Both the position numbers and the translations under genes were made by a program. A stretch of DNA of 32,315 bases from NCBI RefSeq assembly GCF_046119375.1, contig NW_027362771.1, positions 333,963,686-333,996,000 of the forward strand. The letters run 5' to 3'. Position 1 is the stretch's first letter, and every line of letters begins with the position of its first letter. The stretch is from Phyllobates terribilis (lineage: Eukaryota). The notes under the pieces are model-generated. The model ran no database searches and was not told where the DNA came from. It saw nothing but the letters and a program-made list of their open reading frames with translations. Shown piece by piece: positions 31,624-32,315 of this stretch.

Positions 31624-32315
31624 GCCTCTCTATATACAGTGTAAGTCTCCACATAGCCTCCAATATAAAGTGTGAGCCTCCTATATACATTATGAGCCTC
31701 GCATAGCCTTTCTATATACAATATGAGCCCTCACATAACCCCCTATATACAGTATGATCCTTCATGTAGCCTCCTTTATACAGTATGAGCCCCCACATAG
31801 TCTCCTAAATACAGTATGAGCCCCCACATAGACTCCTATATACAGTATGAGCCCCTACAAAGCCTCCTATATACAGTATGAGCCCTCACATAGACCTCTA
31901 TATACATGTGAGCCTCCACATAGCCCCCTATATACAGTATAAGCCCCCACACAACCTCCTATATACAGTGTGAGCCCCCATATTGTCCCCTATATACAGT
32001 AAGAGCCCCACATAGCCTATCTATATACAGTGTGAGCCTCCACATAGCCCCCACATAGCCTCCTATATACAGTATGAGCCCCTATATACATTATGAGCAT
32101 CCACATAGCCTCTCTATATATAATATAAGCCCTCACATAGCCACCTATATAGAGTATGAGTCTGCATGTAGCCTCCTATATACAATATGAGCCCCACATA
32201 GCCCTCCTATATATAGTATGAGACCCCACATTGTCTCTTAAATACAGTATGAACCCCCACATAGCTTCTATATACAGTATGCGCCCCGCATAGCCTATGT
32301 GCATTATGAGACCCA

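Larger units (their letters stand above)
29476..32315 (+). mobile_element. hAT (Charlie-like) non-autonomous element, left end, running into satellite; right end not in window
   Basis: CAGGGGTGGG terminus preceded by gtttagac (29468-29475), which resembles the 8-bp NTCTAGAN target of Charlie-type hATs. Confidence 0.5.
29655..32315. repeat. 31-bp degenerate minisatellite (acagtatgagcccccacatagcctcctatat)n
   Basis: acagtatga at 31749 and 31780 (period 31); dozens of diverged units up to the window end. Confidence 0.92.

Overview
Vertebrate genomic DNA, most likely a frog (inferred from the repeat families), and mostly transposon-derived. The only host coding sequence I can support is one 72-nt LRR exon of lgi2 (1640-1711, +). 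The next expected exon is not seen, so the remaining ~30.6 kb appears to be a single TE-inflated intron. Main contents: (i) a three-level nest at 6428-15100, in which a long-TIR Tc1 is interrupted by a DD35E (Traveler-like) Tc1, which is itself interrupted by an intact chromovirus (Ty3/Gypsy, Tf1/sushi-like) with apparently identical 629-bp LTRs, a 1403-aa ORF and a self-priming-type PBS; (ii) a third, decayed Tc1; (iii) solo LTRs with 5-bp TSDs; (iv) a decayed L1 ORF2 split by a deleted Gypsy and a near-complete CR1 LINE; (v) MITEs, and a hAT-like end followed by a 31-bp satellite containing a duplicated solo LTR. Most interesting signals: a U_UUA_AAC slippery heptamer directly before the CR1 ORF1 stop with ORF2 open in the -1 frame; the tRNA-independent priming signature, with a matching TATA-hairpin architecture in three other LTR families; and two Tc1 excision footprints (TACAGTA, TACTGTA). 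All alignments were done by eye and no database searches were run.
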